Both the position numbers and the translations under genes were made by a program. The notes beneath the pieces are model-generated. The model had not been told where the DNA came from. It worked only from the letters and a program-made list of their open reading frames with translations, and ran no database searches. A stretch of 64,000 nt of DNA from an uncultured virus (IMG/VR IMGVR_UViG_2775507075_000002) (lineage: Duplodnaviria; Heunggongvirae; Uroviricota; Caudoviricetes), in IMG/VR virus record IMGVR_UViG_2775507075_000002, one strand, 5' to 3'. Numbering within the stretch: position 1 is the first letter of the stretch; the number at the start of each line of letters is the position of its first letter. Positions 1-12,496 of this stretch are shown piece by piece.

Positions 1-579
1 TCAGAGCAGCTTTGTCAAGAGCTTAGCGCGGGGCGAATTGTTCCGCTTCACTCGAGCTTTGTCTGCGGCGTTCAGGGAATAGCCAAAAGATGCATATCTT
101 TCAATGAGCTTCTTATCCGGCCGACTTATATTGACCTGTCTGATACCATATGCATCAGCGAAACTCTCTGAAATGATGAGCGCAATCGGCATGACAAAAC
201 CTTTCAAAGGATGGTTATGTGGATTTCCTTCGAGGTAACGAAGGGTTATACAAAGTCGATTTTTAGAACGTCTACCAAGCATCAACCCACAAAGAAAATC
301 GCGGCATCGAATACTCACATCAATGCGTTTGGTCTGATTACGTCTTTCTTGGTTCCAGTTGAAGTCAATGTACTGCCGTTTTTCTGGCAGACGCCAACTC
401 CTACTAGCCTCATCTGAGTCTTCATAATAGATATGACCCAATTTAATTTCATCAACCGGCAATTGGCTACTAAACTTCGCAGCAATGGAAATCATGGCAT
501 CCGCGATTGCCTCAGAATAGATTAGCTCATGGGTTAGCTCTTCATTGGCAGGAAGTATACCTGCTTGTACCGACTCCAT
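1..579 (-). CDS. Hypothetical protein, possible GNAT fold (copy 1)
   Basis: Identical to 13703..14281. Confidence 0.75.
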   Translation of the reverse strand: MESVQAGILPANEELTHELIYSEAIADAMISIAAKFSSQLPVDEIKLGHIYYEDSDEASRSWRLPEKRQYIDFNWNQERRNQTKRIDVSIRCRDFLCGLMLGRRSKNRLCITLRYLEGNPHNHPLKGFVMPIALIISESFADAYGIRQVNISRPDKKLIERYASFGYSLNAADKARVKRNNSPRAKLLTKLL

Positions 580-728
580 ATCAACTCCCTTTTAAAATGG
601 TTACTAGCACCAGTAAAATAAACATTTATTGATGTTTAAAACAAACACGGATGTCTACTCTTCGCTCTAAGCGGACTCTTTCAGTAGGATGATATTAGAA
701 CACATTCGTAAGGTTAAGGAACTAACAG

Positions 729-1994
729 TCATCTGACCTGGAGTAAATCGCGGTACCTAGTCGTGTACCGCGGAGAAAGCATTTCACGCTTCATCTGCCA
801 TGCGGTCTGGATTCCCTGCCCTGCAAAATACAGAGTTCCTCTTCCGCCTTTCGCATTGAGATGGTCGAGAACTTCCATCAGTTTCTCGCTATTCTTCCGT
901 GGTGCGTTGTCGTCGAAGAGGTTGAGCTGCGCTACGCCCTGGCTGTAGAAATCCCCAAGCATAACGCCTGCTTTCTGATAGCGATGCCCGTCTCGCCAGA
1001 TTGCATCGAGGCATTTCGTCGCCGCGGTAATTATGTCCCTGCTGTCCTGGGTTGGCGATAGCAGCTTTACCGATGCACTGTTCCCATAGTACGGCTCGTT
1101 CAGCGCAAAGGGGCTGGTTTTGACAAATGCGGAGATAAATCTGCAATACTGGTGCTCACCACGGAGTTTCTCCGCTGCACGTGAGGCGTAGCTGCATATC
1201 GCCTGGCGCATCTCTTCGTAGGTGGAAATCCGCTGCCCAAAGCTGCGACTACAGACAATCTCCTGCTTTACCGGCGCGAACTCCTCAAGACCGAGACATG
1301 GCTCTCCGCGCAGCTCCCGCACAGTTCGCTCCAGAACCACATTAAAATGCTTCCGGATAAAATGGATATCGGTATCCGCCAGTTGCAGTACCGTTTTAAT
1401 CCCCATGGCCTCCAGTTTTTTACTGATGCGGCGCCCGACGCCCCAGACCTCATCCACCGGAAGCAAAGCCATCAACTTCCTCTGCCTTTCCAGATTAGAC
1501 AGGTCCACCACTCCTCCGGTCTGTCGCTGCCACTGTTTCGCAGCATGATTGGCCAGCTTCGCCAGGGTTTTAGTCTGGGCTATGCCGACGCCGACCGTGA
1601 GGTGCGTCCTGCGCAGAACCGTCTCGCGAATTTCCCTGCCAAAATCGGTAAGATCGCGACAGTTACGAACACCAGTCAGATCGCAAAATGCCTCATCAAT
1701 ACTGTAAATTTCGCAGCGTGGAGATAGTTCCTCCAGCGTTGTCATCACTCGGTTGGACATATCGGCATAAAGCTCATAGTTGCTGCTAAACGCGATAATA
1801 CCGTGCCGGCGAAACATGTCCTTTTGCTTGAAATAAGGCTCACCCATTTTGACGAAGGGCTTCGCCTCTTGCGAACGAGCGATCACGCAGCCGTCGTTGT
1901 TTGACAGGACGACCACCGGCCGCCCCTTCAGGTCAGGACGGAAAACGGTCTCGCACGATGCGTAAAATGAGTTCACATCGCAAAGTGCAAACAT
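729..1994 (-). CDS. umuC: DNA polymerase V subunit UmuC (copy 1)
   Basis: MFALCDVNSFYASCE, YSIDEAF, C-terminal LSPRYTT Y-family motifs. Confidence 0.97.
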   Translation of the reverse strand: MFALCDVNSFYASCETVFRPDLKGRPVVVLSNNDGCVIARSQEAKPFVKMGEPYFKQKDMFRRHGIIAFSSNYELYADMSNRVMTTLEELSPRCEIYSIDEAFCDLTGVRNCRDLTDFGREIRETVLRRTHLTVGVGIAQTKTLAKLANHAAKQWQRQTGGVVDLSNLERQRKLMALLPVDEVWGVGRRISKKLEAMGIKTVLQLADTDIHFIRKHFNVVLERTVRELRGEPCLGLEEFAPVKQEIVCSRSFGQRISTYEEMRQAICSYASRAAEKLRGEHQYCRFISAFVKTSPFALNEPYYGNSASVKLLSPTQDSRDIITAATKCLDAIWRDGHRYQKAGVMLGDFYSQGVAQLNLFDDNAPRKNSEKLMEVLDHLNAKGGRGTLYFAGQGIQTAWQMKREMLSPRYTTRYRDLLQVR

Positions 1995-1995
1995 T

Positions 1996-2415
1996 TCAGC
2001 CAGCCGATTTGATGATGTAAGTTACGACCCCGAACACATCGAGAGTATCCTCGCTACCCACGACTATCGGCGAATATGCAGGGTTCATTGGGTTAAGCTG
2101 AACCCGCGGATGCAGCTGCAGCTTCTTAACGGTGAATTCCCCATCCACTGCAGCGATAACGATATCGCCATGAACTGCTGTCCTTGAGCTATCCACAACA
2201 AGAAGATCACCTTCTCCTATGCCGGCATCCTTCATGCTGTCGCCGGCGGCTTTGACAAAATACGTCGCACTGGGGTGGTTAACGAGCAACTCGTTCAGAT
2301 CGATGCGTTGCTCAACGTAATCCTGTGCAGGGCTTGGAAAACCACATTGCACAAGGTCACTGTACAACGGGATCAGCATGATCTCACGTAACTCAACGGG
2401 CGTGTAAAACTGCAT
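1996..2415 (-). CDS. umuD: UmuD (copy 1); start taken at MQFYTP downstream of the LexA box
   Basis: [10 protein letters not shown] cleavage motif, GDSM, FTVKKL. Confidence 0.95.
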   Translation of the reverse strand: MQFYTPVELREIMLIPLYSDLVQCGFPSPAQDYVEQRIDLNELLVNHPSATYFVKAAGDSMKDAGIGEGDLLVVDSSRTAVHGDIVIAAVDGEFTVKKLQLHPRVQLNPMNPAYSPIVVGSEDTLDVFGVVTYIIKSAG

Positions 2416-2437
2416 AATTGACTCGCTCAGATTAATA

Positions 2438-2453
2438 CTGTTTTTATATACAG
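2438..2453. promoter_or_regulatory. LexA box of umuDC (copy 1)
   Basis: CTG-TTTTTATATA-CAG. Confidence 0.92.
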
Positions 2454-2966
2454 TAGTTTTAACAGGGCGACAGATCAATATAGGTTCTGGCTATAAATTT
2501 TTGTCATTGCCGTAACACATTGATGTAACGAGTAAGGTTAGTCTGAAAGTGTTTTCAGGCCTTAGCTGTTTGATGGTTTTGCGAACAATGCGAGGTTAAA
2601 ATTTTTCAGCTATGGCAATGCCTTAATAGCAAATTGCTCACCTGCGATCTCTTGCATACGGTTCGCAGGTGAGCAAACTTAACCGGCTGGAAAATATTTA
2701 TAAATCGTCTTTACTCCCACTCCTATCACATCGGCTACCAAACCAATGTTTTAACTGCTCAGACCAGAAATATCTGGAAGCTTTAGGCATCTTCTTGGAA
2801 GATAGACGAGCGCAAAGACGCACACAGCAATGATGTTATGTAGTATTTTCCCCTTGAGTGTGCCTGCTCAAGGGGATTTTTTATCGCCGTATTGTACTGG
2901 CAAATATTTGTAAATAGTCTTCCCCCCCACGCCTGTCACATCGGCCACACGCGACTGGACAGGCGG

Positions 2967-3389
2967 TTAGTCCGGTATGTTTCTCGCGCTACTACTGCTT
3001 ACGTTAACGTCTGGTAATGATCTAGCGGCGCGACGTAAAGCGGCGTTGAAAGCAATTATAGTGACCGGCCGGCGTTGGTACTTCACACGGTTAGAATGGC
3101 TCTGAAATAAAAAAACATCTTCTGGATAGCGTTCTCTTCTACGAGCAATCATCGCCTCCACTGGAGGGGTTGATTTAACACGTAGCTCCTTCAGGTGACC
3201 CTGTTTTCGTATCAGTATCAAGTCACCATCAATATCATCATATCGAATACTCAGCAGCCTTCCAGCGCTTAAACCCGTGTGAAAAATTAACGCCCACAAG
3301 TCAGCCCATGTATCTGAGATGGAAACAAGATTGCTGTTAATAGTTAAAAATTGCTCAAAACTTATTGTTTTCTTACCGTTCACGAACAA
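2967..3389 (-). CDS. Truncated tyrosine-recombinase-like protein (copy 1)
   Basis: Identical to 16670..17092. Confidence 0.6.
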   Translation of the reverse strand: MFVNGKKTISFEQFLTINSNLVSISDTWADLWALIFHTGLSAGRLLSIRYDDIDGDLILIRKQGHLKELRVKSTPPVEAMIARRRERYPEDVFLFQSHSNRVKYQRRPVTIIAFNAALRRAARSLPDVNVSSSSARNIPD

Positions 3390-3466
3390 ACCAAACTGTT
3401 TTCAAAGCTGAATGAATTGATTAAGCCAAACGTAACATATCAGGAAAAGTAGTGAAATCTTTGCCT

Positions 3467-4015
3467 TCAAGTCGCCGGGAGGTACTTGTAGATTGTTTTC
3501 ACGTCTACACCTATCACATCGGCTACCTGCTGCCGGGTAGCGCCGTTCTCCAGCATTCTGCGGCACCGCTCCACCACTTCTTCAGTCATTACCCGGCGAC
3601 GTCCGCCGATACGCCCCTGCTCTCTCGCCGCCACCAGTCCTGCGCGGGTCCTCTCCACAATCAGCTCTCGTTCCATCTCTGCCAGCGCGCTCATGACGTG
3701 GAAGAAGAAACGCCCCGCGGCCGTTGATGTGTCGATCGAGTCAGTCAGGCTTCGAAAGTTCACCCCACGCGCCTGCAGCTCTGACACCAACGTGATTAAA
3801 TCCCGCACGCTGCGCCCCAACCTATCCAGTTTCCAGACCACCAGCACATCACCCGGCTTTAGCTGCCGCAGCGCGCGCTTTAGCCCAGCCCGCCGGGCAT
3901 TCTTTCCGCTCGCCGTATCCTCGTAAATCAGCTCACATTCTGCGCGAATCAGCGCATTTTTCTGTAAATCGAGGTTTTGATCCCCGGTTGATACCCGAGC
4001 ATAGCCAATCAGCAC
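3467..4015 (-). CDS. Serine DNA invertase (copy 1)
   Basis: Identical to 17170..17718. Confidence 0.95.
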   Translation of the reverse strand: MLIGYARVSTGDQNLDLQKNALIRAECELIYEDTASGKNARRAGLKRALRQLKPGDVLVVWKLDRLGRSVRDLITLVSELQARGVNFRSLTDSIDTSTAAGRFFFHVMSALAEMERELIVERTRAGLVAAREQGRIGGRRRVMTEEVVERCRRMLENGATRQQVADVIGVDVKTIYKYLPAT

Positions 4016-4106
4016 TATCTAACTCCTTGAAATAGCTGATTGTAAAAAGCCGCGGCCATTCGCTCAAACCCTCGTTTGGGCGAAGCCTCTTTTTGGAGCA
4101 AAAAAC

Positions 4107-4850
4107 ATGGCCCTGACTCCTCCACTCGGCTCGACGACACCAGAGGTCTTGTTACGTAATGCTGGCGATCTTGATCGCGCCATGAACAGTGAAGATGATA
4201 CCTGGCAAAACCGAGGTGGTGATGAGCTCCCCACCATGAAGGGATATCAGAAACAGGTGGATGCCATCACTGATGATGTTTTTCAGGCCAGGGATACGGC
4301 TGTTGAAGCAGCTGCAACGTTACCCACAAAACAACAATTCCTTGAGCTACAGGTGGAAGTCGACGGTATCACGGCCGATCCTGCAAACGCGATTGCAAAC
4401 ATTACCATTCCGGCGAAAGACTTTGACCTTGCTGTAGGGAGTGCCAGTTTTGGCATGATAGCCAGTCGCCTCGCGGGCTGGCAGTTCACTCATGGGGTAA
4501 ACGCATCCATCACCAAAATGATAGACCTGCCGTCTCACTGGTCAAAAATGCGTATATCCCTGATCTGGACAAACCTCGTTGCTAACAACAATTTCAATGT
4601 GAGCCTTTCAGGTGAGCGGCATAGCTGGTCTGCCGGTGAGTCTTTCAATCAGGAGCCTGCAGGTTATGCTGCGGTCGTTCCGGTTAATGGCACACCGTTT
4701 ATTGCAGTGGAAACACAATTAGCGCTTGATCTCACCGTTGACCCTACACGGCATACTACCCTTCGCATCGGACGAAATGGCGCGTCTTCCAGCGATACCC
4801 TGCCCACTGCCATCGCATTACTCGCCGTCAGACTGACAAAGGTGGCTTAA
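4107..4850 (+). CDS. Tail anchor/adaptor protein (copy 1)
   Basis: Identical to 17810..18553. Confidence 0.75.
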   Translation: MALTPPLGSTTPEVLLRNAGDLDRAMNSEDDTWQNRGGDELPTMKGYQKQVDAITDDVFQARDTAVEAAATLPTKQQFLELQVEVDGITADPANAIANITIPAKDFDLAVGSASFGMIASRLAGWQFTHGVNASITKMIDLPSHWSKMRISLIWTNLVANNNFNVSLSGERHSWSAGESFNQEPAGYAAVVPVNGTPFIAVETQLALDLTVDPTRHTTLRIGRNGASSSDTLPTAIALLAVRLTKVA

Positions 4851-6085
4851 ATGAGTGTTTACCAGTCATGGCGGACGGCCTGGCGAACACCAGGCGTGTT
4901 AAGAAATTATCCTCCTAATCCGCTTTATGTGGATACGGTCAGAGGAAAAGCGTCGGGAAAAGGGTCAGTCGATGATCCAGTGAACAGCCTCGGTCTGGCG
5001 CAGGGGTTATGCCTCGGTCTTTCCGATTATGAAATAAAGATTATTGCCCCGGAAAGTTCTCCACTACGACAGGAGGTTGTATTTAACACCACCGAGAATG
5101 TGACCTTATCAGGCGTTGATGGTGAACCGTGGTACACCTTTGGATCTGAAGAACATACATCCGGGTGGACTCAGAACGGTCAGATTTTTCAGAAAACACT
5201 GGGGTATACCTCTGTGCTTCAGGTGGTCGTTACATCAATGACGGAGACGGTCGGTGACAGAGATGATTTTCTTTTTAAACTACTACAAAACACCTCCACG
5301 CCGACCACGCCAGCAGCTGGTGAGTATGGATATGCAGGAGGCATTATTTATGTCCGGTTACCGGATGATTCAGACCCTGCTCTGCACTCGATTGAAATAT
5401 CCCGGCGTAATTTTGGGGTAGCGACAACCGGGTTTGGACTCCTTACGGTGAATGACTGTATCGCGCGCTATTGCATGATTAATGGCATTTCCTGCGGGTT
5501 ATCCACGCAACCGGCAGGCACCGGCTTCCTGACCGTCAATGACTCCGTTATTGAGTACTGTGCGAATGCCGGTGTTGGTGGTACGGGGCGAAATGAGTTG
5601 ATAATCTGTAATAACGTGCGTGCCTGGCGGATTTCAAATGATGGCTTCGGGCAGCATGCGCCTGTAGGCGGTGCCGGAAAAATGATCCTGAATGGCTGTA
5701 ATGGTAGTTATAACGGCGATCAGGCCGGTCAGTCTGCCCAGGGGGCTTCAAACCATGAGTTTACGAAAATGGTAATCAACGGAGGGACATTCAATTTTAA
5801 TGTCTCAGGCGGAATGGTGGCTATTGAAAATGCGCAGTGTGATATTCACGGCGACACAAAATACGGGCCTGTTGTGATGGACGGGAATATGAGGCTGGGG
5901 AATACGGCAGGAACTATCGCCAGCCAGGCTGGATGCGCCTGGCTGAACTATGCCACTGGGATAGTGACGGGAGATGTAACCGTTAAAAACGGTCAAGGTG
6001 TCGGCGTTCGCCGTGGGCCAGATGCCATCGTGGAAGGTATCGCAACGATCCACTCAATCAACAACGCACTGCGGATATTTTGTGA
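4851..6085 (+). CDS. Beta-helix putative depolymerase (copy 1; 1-bp loss near the end extends the ORF)
   Basis: Matches 18554..19789 except CTGCGGAT vs CTGCCGGAT. Confidence 0.7.
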
Positions 6086-6488
6086 GGTAAAAATGACAGT
6101 ATGCAGATTGTGTCAGTGTGAGCCAATGGTGATGACAAAGCCGGAAACCGATGGAATCACCTATTTTATGTGCATTATGTGGAATGTTCCGGATGTGGCA
6201 TAGGAACAAAACGGTTTTCTGAGCAAATGATGGAGGCTGAGGCCGCTATCAGCCAGGCTTCAGAACAGTGGGAGCTGATGAATATAACGGTTCCTGACAT
6301 CAGATAGACGATATGCGGCTCCTGTCACGTACGTTATTTAACGAGCCTCCCGGCGACCTTGTTGCACTCTAAAGACGAGAAACATCTGGAACACCAGGAA
6401 TTTTCTTAGAAGATACTCGATGCGCAAAGACGCACACAGCAATAATGTCATTCAGTATTTTCCCCCGGCGTGCCTCCGGGGGCGTTTT

Positions 6489-9079
6489 TTAAAGCATATT
6501 CACAACGCTTGCCATTCTCCGGGCTATCAACTCTCCGCCAGCGGCATTCGGATGCAGGTTATCCCCGGTATAGAGACTCAGGTTATAGAGATTTATTCCG
6601 CTTTCAGCAAACAAATCGCAGACTGGCACACTGAATAACGCGCACACTTCTCTAATGGCCTGCACGTACTGTGGCAACGTAAAGCCCGCTGAGTTCGCCG
6701 CCGGATAAACCGGCTGGCTTTCAAATGTACCTCGTTTCATCGGCGTACTGAACATCACTCGTACCGTTGGTTTCAGGGTATAGATTTTGTTCAATACGAA
6801 GAACACGTCGTAATAAAACGATTTAACCGTCGTATCGTCATAATCCGCCCTGGCGTCTGCAATTGTCCCGAGCCGGCGATTCCCCGTAATCGTTCGTCCC
6901 TCCCAGAATCGAAATGAAATCCATCGCATCAATAGTGGTGGCGTTGAGTGAATCAGCCATCGTTTCTGACTCCCTGACCAGGTACGCCATAATTGGCAAT
7001 CTGGCGCATACCAGTCCGGGAAAGTAGTGGCGCAATGTAATTCCCCGTGTTTGTTATGCTGTCACCAAGGAATCCGATCCCCTTTCCCTGCCAGGGCAAT
7101 TCCTGCCCCTGCCACCGAAAGGAACATATCCAGCAGGAACAGCCTGACCAGGTGAAACCATCAGGCTGTTCAGGCGTGTCAGGTTGTAGACCTGGAACCG
7201 AACAAAATATGCATTATCAGGAACAGCATAAGGCGTATTTGCGACCAGATTCTGGAAGCCGCTGAGGAAGGTGCCGTCAATTTTATAGAATGCGCCGCCA
7301 CCTGAGCCATACGTAGAAACGAACCAGTCCCAGGAGTGACCATCATCATTGGCGTTGCGAAGTACCCCGGTGAAGAGGTTAGCCCGCCGGTCTGATAAGA
7401 AACGCCCCTGTCTGTCTGGGCGAGTTCGCTGTTATAGAGATTCACCGACACTTTTTGCAGGGACAGTGCGACCGAGCGCGCTACAGTCAGCGATTTTGTA
7501 TCAACGTAAGTTGACGTCGGCGAACCAAACGACAGGTAGCTCGCAGGGAGTGCTGAGCCTTCAACCATCATCAGTGTTTTTTTGCTGAAAGACCGTATAC
7601 CTGAAACCGGACATAAACCGCACCAGATGGCTGGTAAAAACGGTTCCGGCAGCAATAGTGGTTCAAAATTTTGGTTTTGTTGATATCAAAAAGACAACCA
7701 CACCTGATGCACTGCTTGCGATGTATTGGCGGTTAGGTTTTACCGGGATAAATGGCGTGACAAAATATCCGGATGCCACATAGGGCGCTCCAGTAGTCGC
7801 CAGCGCATAATTATCCAGCGCAACATCCTTGTTGAACATATTGCGTATGGCGCCAGAGTACCGTCCGCAATTCCCCAGCTGATTGACTGGGTGATTGCCG
7901 TTGCCTCTGCAGTTGTCAGCGCGCCAAACCCCAAATAAGATGACGGCAGAGAGGTTCCGCGAACAACCATCAGACTTTCTTACCCGATAGCGGTGTGCTC
8001 TGGAAACGCAGTAACAGGAACCATCGGAACGGTAAAGGTCGTTGCAGCAGCGACAGTGATATTTGACGTTTTGCTCAGGTCAGGATCATAGAAGCATAAT
8101 ACCTGCGTACCAGATGAGAGGATGTAACTCTCTCCGGGAAGACCGGATATAGTCAGTAACACAAAATAGCTGGCATTGCCGTCAGACTGCCGTTAGTCGA
8201 GAGCGCATATCCGTCGTTAGCCCGGTTTTTATCAAACAGGTTTCGTACCAGAGCGTTCGCTCGTGAGCTAATATCAATTGCCTGCTCCAGGGCAGTTCGT
8301 TTGCGGAGAAAGGGTCGACCAGACCGGCCCCAATGTGACCAGCAGGAAGAGAAGTACCTTTAATTAGCATCTGTCCGGATTTGCCAGTGCTCAGCGTCTG
8401 CGAGAACCGGATATAACGATCCTGCTGGCGTGGTAAAAAACGGTTCCGGCAGTGGCGCCTGCAACATAGGAAATGAAATTGCCCTGTAAATCATAAAATG
8501 CCAGTTGTGACACATTCACAGCGAAAACATACTGCGTACCGTCGAGTGCGGGTATCATGTCACTCACAAAGTACGTCCGCATTTGCGACCAGCGAGCCGG
8601 TAGAGCCAACCGCAAAACCATCCGTAGTCCGCTCTTTGTCGAAATAGTTAATGACCAGTGAGCCGCCCCTACATCAGAATAAATCTGCCCAGTCACCGCA
8701 CTGACAGAATCCAGATATGACTTAGACGCATCTGCCGCCCGTAGGCTGCAACGTCCCACCGTTGTTGATTACCTCAAGAGCCAGCGCGCTATCGTCCGGG
8801 CTGCGGTAATACGTCGTAGAGCCCACCGGAATATTCGCGATATCCCGCCTGCGCCGCAGCCAGCGTCGCATACTGGCGGCTGAGAGGAATCAGATTCTGT
8901 CGTGTCTCCTCTGTAAGGGCTTCATTCTTCGCCATCATTCCGCGCCAGTATCGAGCGGTTCACCGCCGCGGTCGTCAACCGTTCCTTGCCGGACCGTTAA
9001 CCAGTTCGTCAGCGCGCTTAACGTTGTCCATGAATATTTCCGGCGTCGTCGTGCCCAGTGGCGGGTTAAGTTCGGCCAT
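6489..9079 (-). pseudogene. Multiply frameshifted copy of the SGNH tail spike gene (probably sequencing errors)
   Basis: Fragments match the 868-aa ORF 20196..22802 with many single-base indels. Confidence 0.85.
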
Positions 9080-9156
9080 GTTTTTTGCTCCAAAAAGAGC
9101 TTCGCCCAAACGAGGGTTTGAGCGAAAAGAGTTAATTAGGGGTTGTTATATGGGTA

Positions 9157-9614
9157 TTACGCGACGGTCGCGGGGTATGTGGCGTCGTCGTACTGGTAGA
9201 ACGATTCGAGGTATTCTTTAGCGGTGACCTGACAGGTTCCGTCTGACTGCGGGGCGATCTCCTCTACAATGCGTCGTAGACGTGGCGCGTTGAGCCACAG
9301 AACACAGCGGATCGGTTCGATGGGTTGCGACGACAGGTCAACCTTCATCGGGTCATCAAACTCGCTCAGGTGCGGGACTGACAACTGAAAATCGCCCACC
9401 CTGCTCGCCACCATCAGCCCCGGATGCAGAGCCATCCTGATAGGCGGATTCAGCGCTCGGGATTTTCGAAAGACCAGTCCAGCGGCTCCGTAACGGTGAA
9501 CGTTGTCACGCCACCAGCCGTTGTCATCGCCTCCACCAGACAGGAAATTGTGTTGTTACCCGGAATATCATCCGTGAGCACAATGCGATCGCCCGTGTTG
9601 TAGCACAGCGCGTC
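9157..9614 (-). pseudogene. 3' fragment of the central tail/host-specificity gene, cut at the duplication junction
   Basis: Matches 22880..23338 with indels. Confidence 0.85.
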
Positions 9615-9671
9615 GTGAATGTCTATTAATCTTAATAAGATAGAGTTCAGCTCTATAATCAAACAGAAAAT

Positions 9672-11318
9672 ATGCGCCTGAAATTGTCATCTCTCCTGGC
9701 AGCCGTTTCCCTGCTGTGTGGGCCAGCTTTTGCCGCCCTGCGCTCCCGACCGCGCCGATATCCGCGATAGCGGTTTCGTCTATTGGCGTCAGCGGCCAGG
9801 TTAATACCTTTAATCCGCAGAAAGTCAGCAGCGGCCTGATTGTCGATACGCTGGCCGCTCAGATCTACGATCGTCTGCTTGACGTCGATCCCTATACCTA
9901 CCGGCTGGTCCCGGCTGGCGGAGAGCTGGGAAGTTTCTCGATAACGGCGCCACCTACCGCTTTCACCTGCGCCGCCACGTCCGTTTCAACGCAACGCAGG
10001 CGTGGTTTACCGCCCGACGCGGGACTTTAATGCCGATGACGTCATTTTTACCTTTGGCTCGTATTTTTAACCGCGACCATCCGTGGCACAACGTCAACGG
10101 CAGCAGCTTCCCTACTTCGACAGTCTGCAGTTTGCTGACAGCGTGGAGAGCGTCCGCAAGCTGGATAATCAGACCGTGGAGTTTCGCCTCAAGCGGCCGG
10201 ACGCCTCGTTCCTCTGGCATCTGGCCACCCACTATGCGTCAATTACCTCTGCCGAATATGCCGCCCGCTTAACGCAGGACGACCGCCAGGAGCAACTGGA
10301 TCGCCAGCCGGTTGGCACCGGCCCGTTCCAGCTATCCGATTACCGCTCCGGACAATATGTTCGCCTGCAGCGCCACCCCGGCTACTGGCGCGGCAAACCG
10401 TTGATGCCCCAGGTGGTGGTCGACCTTGGCTCCGGCGGCACCGGCCGCCTGTCGAAACTGCTGACCGGAGAATGCGACGTGCTGGCCTGGCCAGCCGCCA
10501 GCCAGTTGACGATCCTGCGTGACGACCCGCGCCTGCGCCTGACGCTGCGCCCGGGAATGAACATCGCCTGGCTGGCCTTCACACCGCCAAGCCGCCGCTG
10601 GATAATCCTGAGGTGCGCCATGCCCTGGCGCTGGCGATCAACAACCAGCGCCTGATGCAGTCCATCTACTATGGCACCGCGCGAGACGGCGGCGTCCATG
10701 CTGCCGCGGGCCTCGTGGGCCTACGATAATGACGCTAAAATTACCGAATATAATCCGCAGGAGGCCCGCGCCCGCCTGAAAGCCCTGGGGCTGGAAAACC
10801 TGACCCTCAAGCTGTGGGTGCCCACCAGCTCGCAGGCGTGGAATCCCAGCCCGCTGAAAACGGCGGAGCTTATCCAGGCGGATATGGCGCAGATTGGCGT
10901 TAAGGTGATTATTGTGCCGGTAGAGGGACGTTTCCAGGAGGCGCGCCTGATGGACATGAGCCACGACCTGACGCTCTCCGGCTGGGCGACGGACAGTAAC
11001 GATCCGGACAGTTTCTTCCGACCGCTGCTGAGCTGCGCGGCCATCGCCTCGCAAACCAACTTTGCCCACTGGTGTAACCGGGAGTTTGACGACGTGCTGC
11101 AAAAAGCGCTGCTCTCGCAGCAGCTCTCCTCGCGGATGGACGCTTACAAAGAGGCGCAGCGGATCCTCGCCCGCGAACTGCCGGTCCTGCCGCTGGCCTC
11201 GTCGCTGCGGCTGCAGGCCTACCGCTATGATATGAAAGGCCTGGTGCTCAGCCCTTTCGGTAACGCTTCGTTCGCTGGCGTATCGCGGGAAAATACCGAA
11301 GAGGTGAAGAAGCCATGA
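9672..11318 (+). pseudogene. sapA: Host SapA periplasmic binding protein, frameshifted (likely assembly errors)
   Basis: Fragments FNPQKVSSGLIVDTLAAQIYDRLLDVDPY, QPVGTGPF, SGWATDSNDPDSFFRPLLSC. Confidence 0.9.
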
Positions 11319-12291
11319 TTATTTTTACCCTGCGCCGTCTGCTGCTGCTGCTGATTACTCTCTTTTTTGACCTTTGTCGGTTTCAGCCTGAGCTATTTCA
11401 CCCCTCATGCCCACTGCAGGGCGCTTCCCTGTGGAATGCGTGGCTGTTCTGGTTTGAAGGGGTGCTGCACTGGGATTTCGGCGTCTCCAGCATTAACGGC
11501 CAGCTGATTTCTGAGCAGTTGCGCGAGGTTTTCCCGACGACCATGGAGCTGTGCATCCTCGCCTTCCTCGCCTTCGGCTTTGCCCTGCTGATAGGCATTC
11601 CGGTGGGGATGATCGCCGGCGTAATGCGCAATAAATGGCCCGATACCTGATCAGCGCCGTCGCGCTGTGTCGGTTTTCTGCGATCCCGGTCTTCTGGCTG
11701 GCGCTCTGCTCCTGACTTGCTCTTTCTTTCCCTGACCCTCGGCTGGCTTCCGTCTCCGGTCGCTTCGATCTGCTGTATGAGGTGAAAAACGTCACCGGTT
11801 TCGCGCTGATCGACGCCTGGCTTTCGGACTCGCCGTGGCGCCATGAGATGATCGTCAGCGCCGCCCGGCATATGGTGCTGCCGGTATTGACCCTGGCGGT
11901 CGCCCCCACCACTGAAGTGATCCGCCTGATGCGCATTAGCACCAGCGAGGTGTATGACACTAACTATGTAAAAGCGGCCGCCACCCGCGGCGTGTCGCGA
12001 CGCAAAATTCTACTGCGCCATGTGCTGCACAACGCCCTGCCGCCGGTGATCCCGCGTCTCGGCCTGCAGTTTTCCACCATGCTCACCCTGGCGATGATCA
12101 CTGAGATGGTGTTCAGCTGGCCTGGACTAGGCCGCTGGCTGATCAACGCTATTCGCCAGCAGGACTACGCGGCGATCTCCGCCGGAGTGATGGTGATTGG
12201 CGCGCTGGTGATTATTGTCAACGTAATTTCCGATATTCTCGGTGCCATGGCTAACCCACTGAAACATAAGGAATGGTATGCCCTACGATAG
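11315..12291 (+). pseudogene. sapB: Host SapB permease, frameshifted (likely assembly errors)
   Basis: [17 protein letters not shown] start, [13 protein letters not shown] end. Confidence 0.9.
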
Positions 12292-12300
12292 CACCTACAA
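12270..12300. other. Prophage attachment junction at the overlapping sapC start
   Basis: ATG CCC TAC GAT AGC (MPYDS, SapC-like start, 12278) is followed by AT-rich non-sap sequence and an early stop. Confidence 0.75.
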
Positions 12301-12496
12301 AATAAATACTTTTGTCAATTAAAAACAATGAGTTTAAATTTTTAAATTGTGCAATTTTCCTGATTTTAATACACAATTTTGTACACATTGTTTTTGACGT
12401 CATCTCCGACAGTCATCAGTTAGATGGCTGTCGGAGTTCCCTTCCTACGTTTCCTCCACACCTTCTATACTTTCAGTCTGAAGACTGGAGGTAACC

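Larger units (their letters stand above)
4059..9126. mobile_element. Invertible segment (copy 1, same orientation as copy 2)
   Basis: Inverted repeats 4059..4112 and 9074..9126 (right copy lacks one G). Confidence 0.85.
1..9614. repeat. Direct-repeat copy of 13703..23338 (offset ~13.7 kb), indel-rich after ~6 kb
   Basis: Identical ORFs at offset 13702-13703; identity ends after ...TAGCACAGCGCGTC (9614 vs 23338), where sapA upstream sequence begins. Confidence 0.97.

Noticed and set aside
4851..6203. Longer 450-aa variant of the beta-helix gene in copy 1
   Set aside because: Caused by a single-base loss relative to copy 2, at the start of the indel-rich zone
6489..9614. Copy 1 as a diversifying donor cassette or DGR-like template
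   Set aside because: Differences are almost all 1-bp indels rather than adenine-biased substitutions, they extend into host sap genes, and no reverse transcriptase is present
9672..12291. True pseudogenisation of sapA and sapB
   Set aside because: Indel density matches the adjacent error-rich duplicated segment; more likely a consensus quality problem
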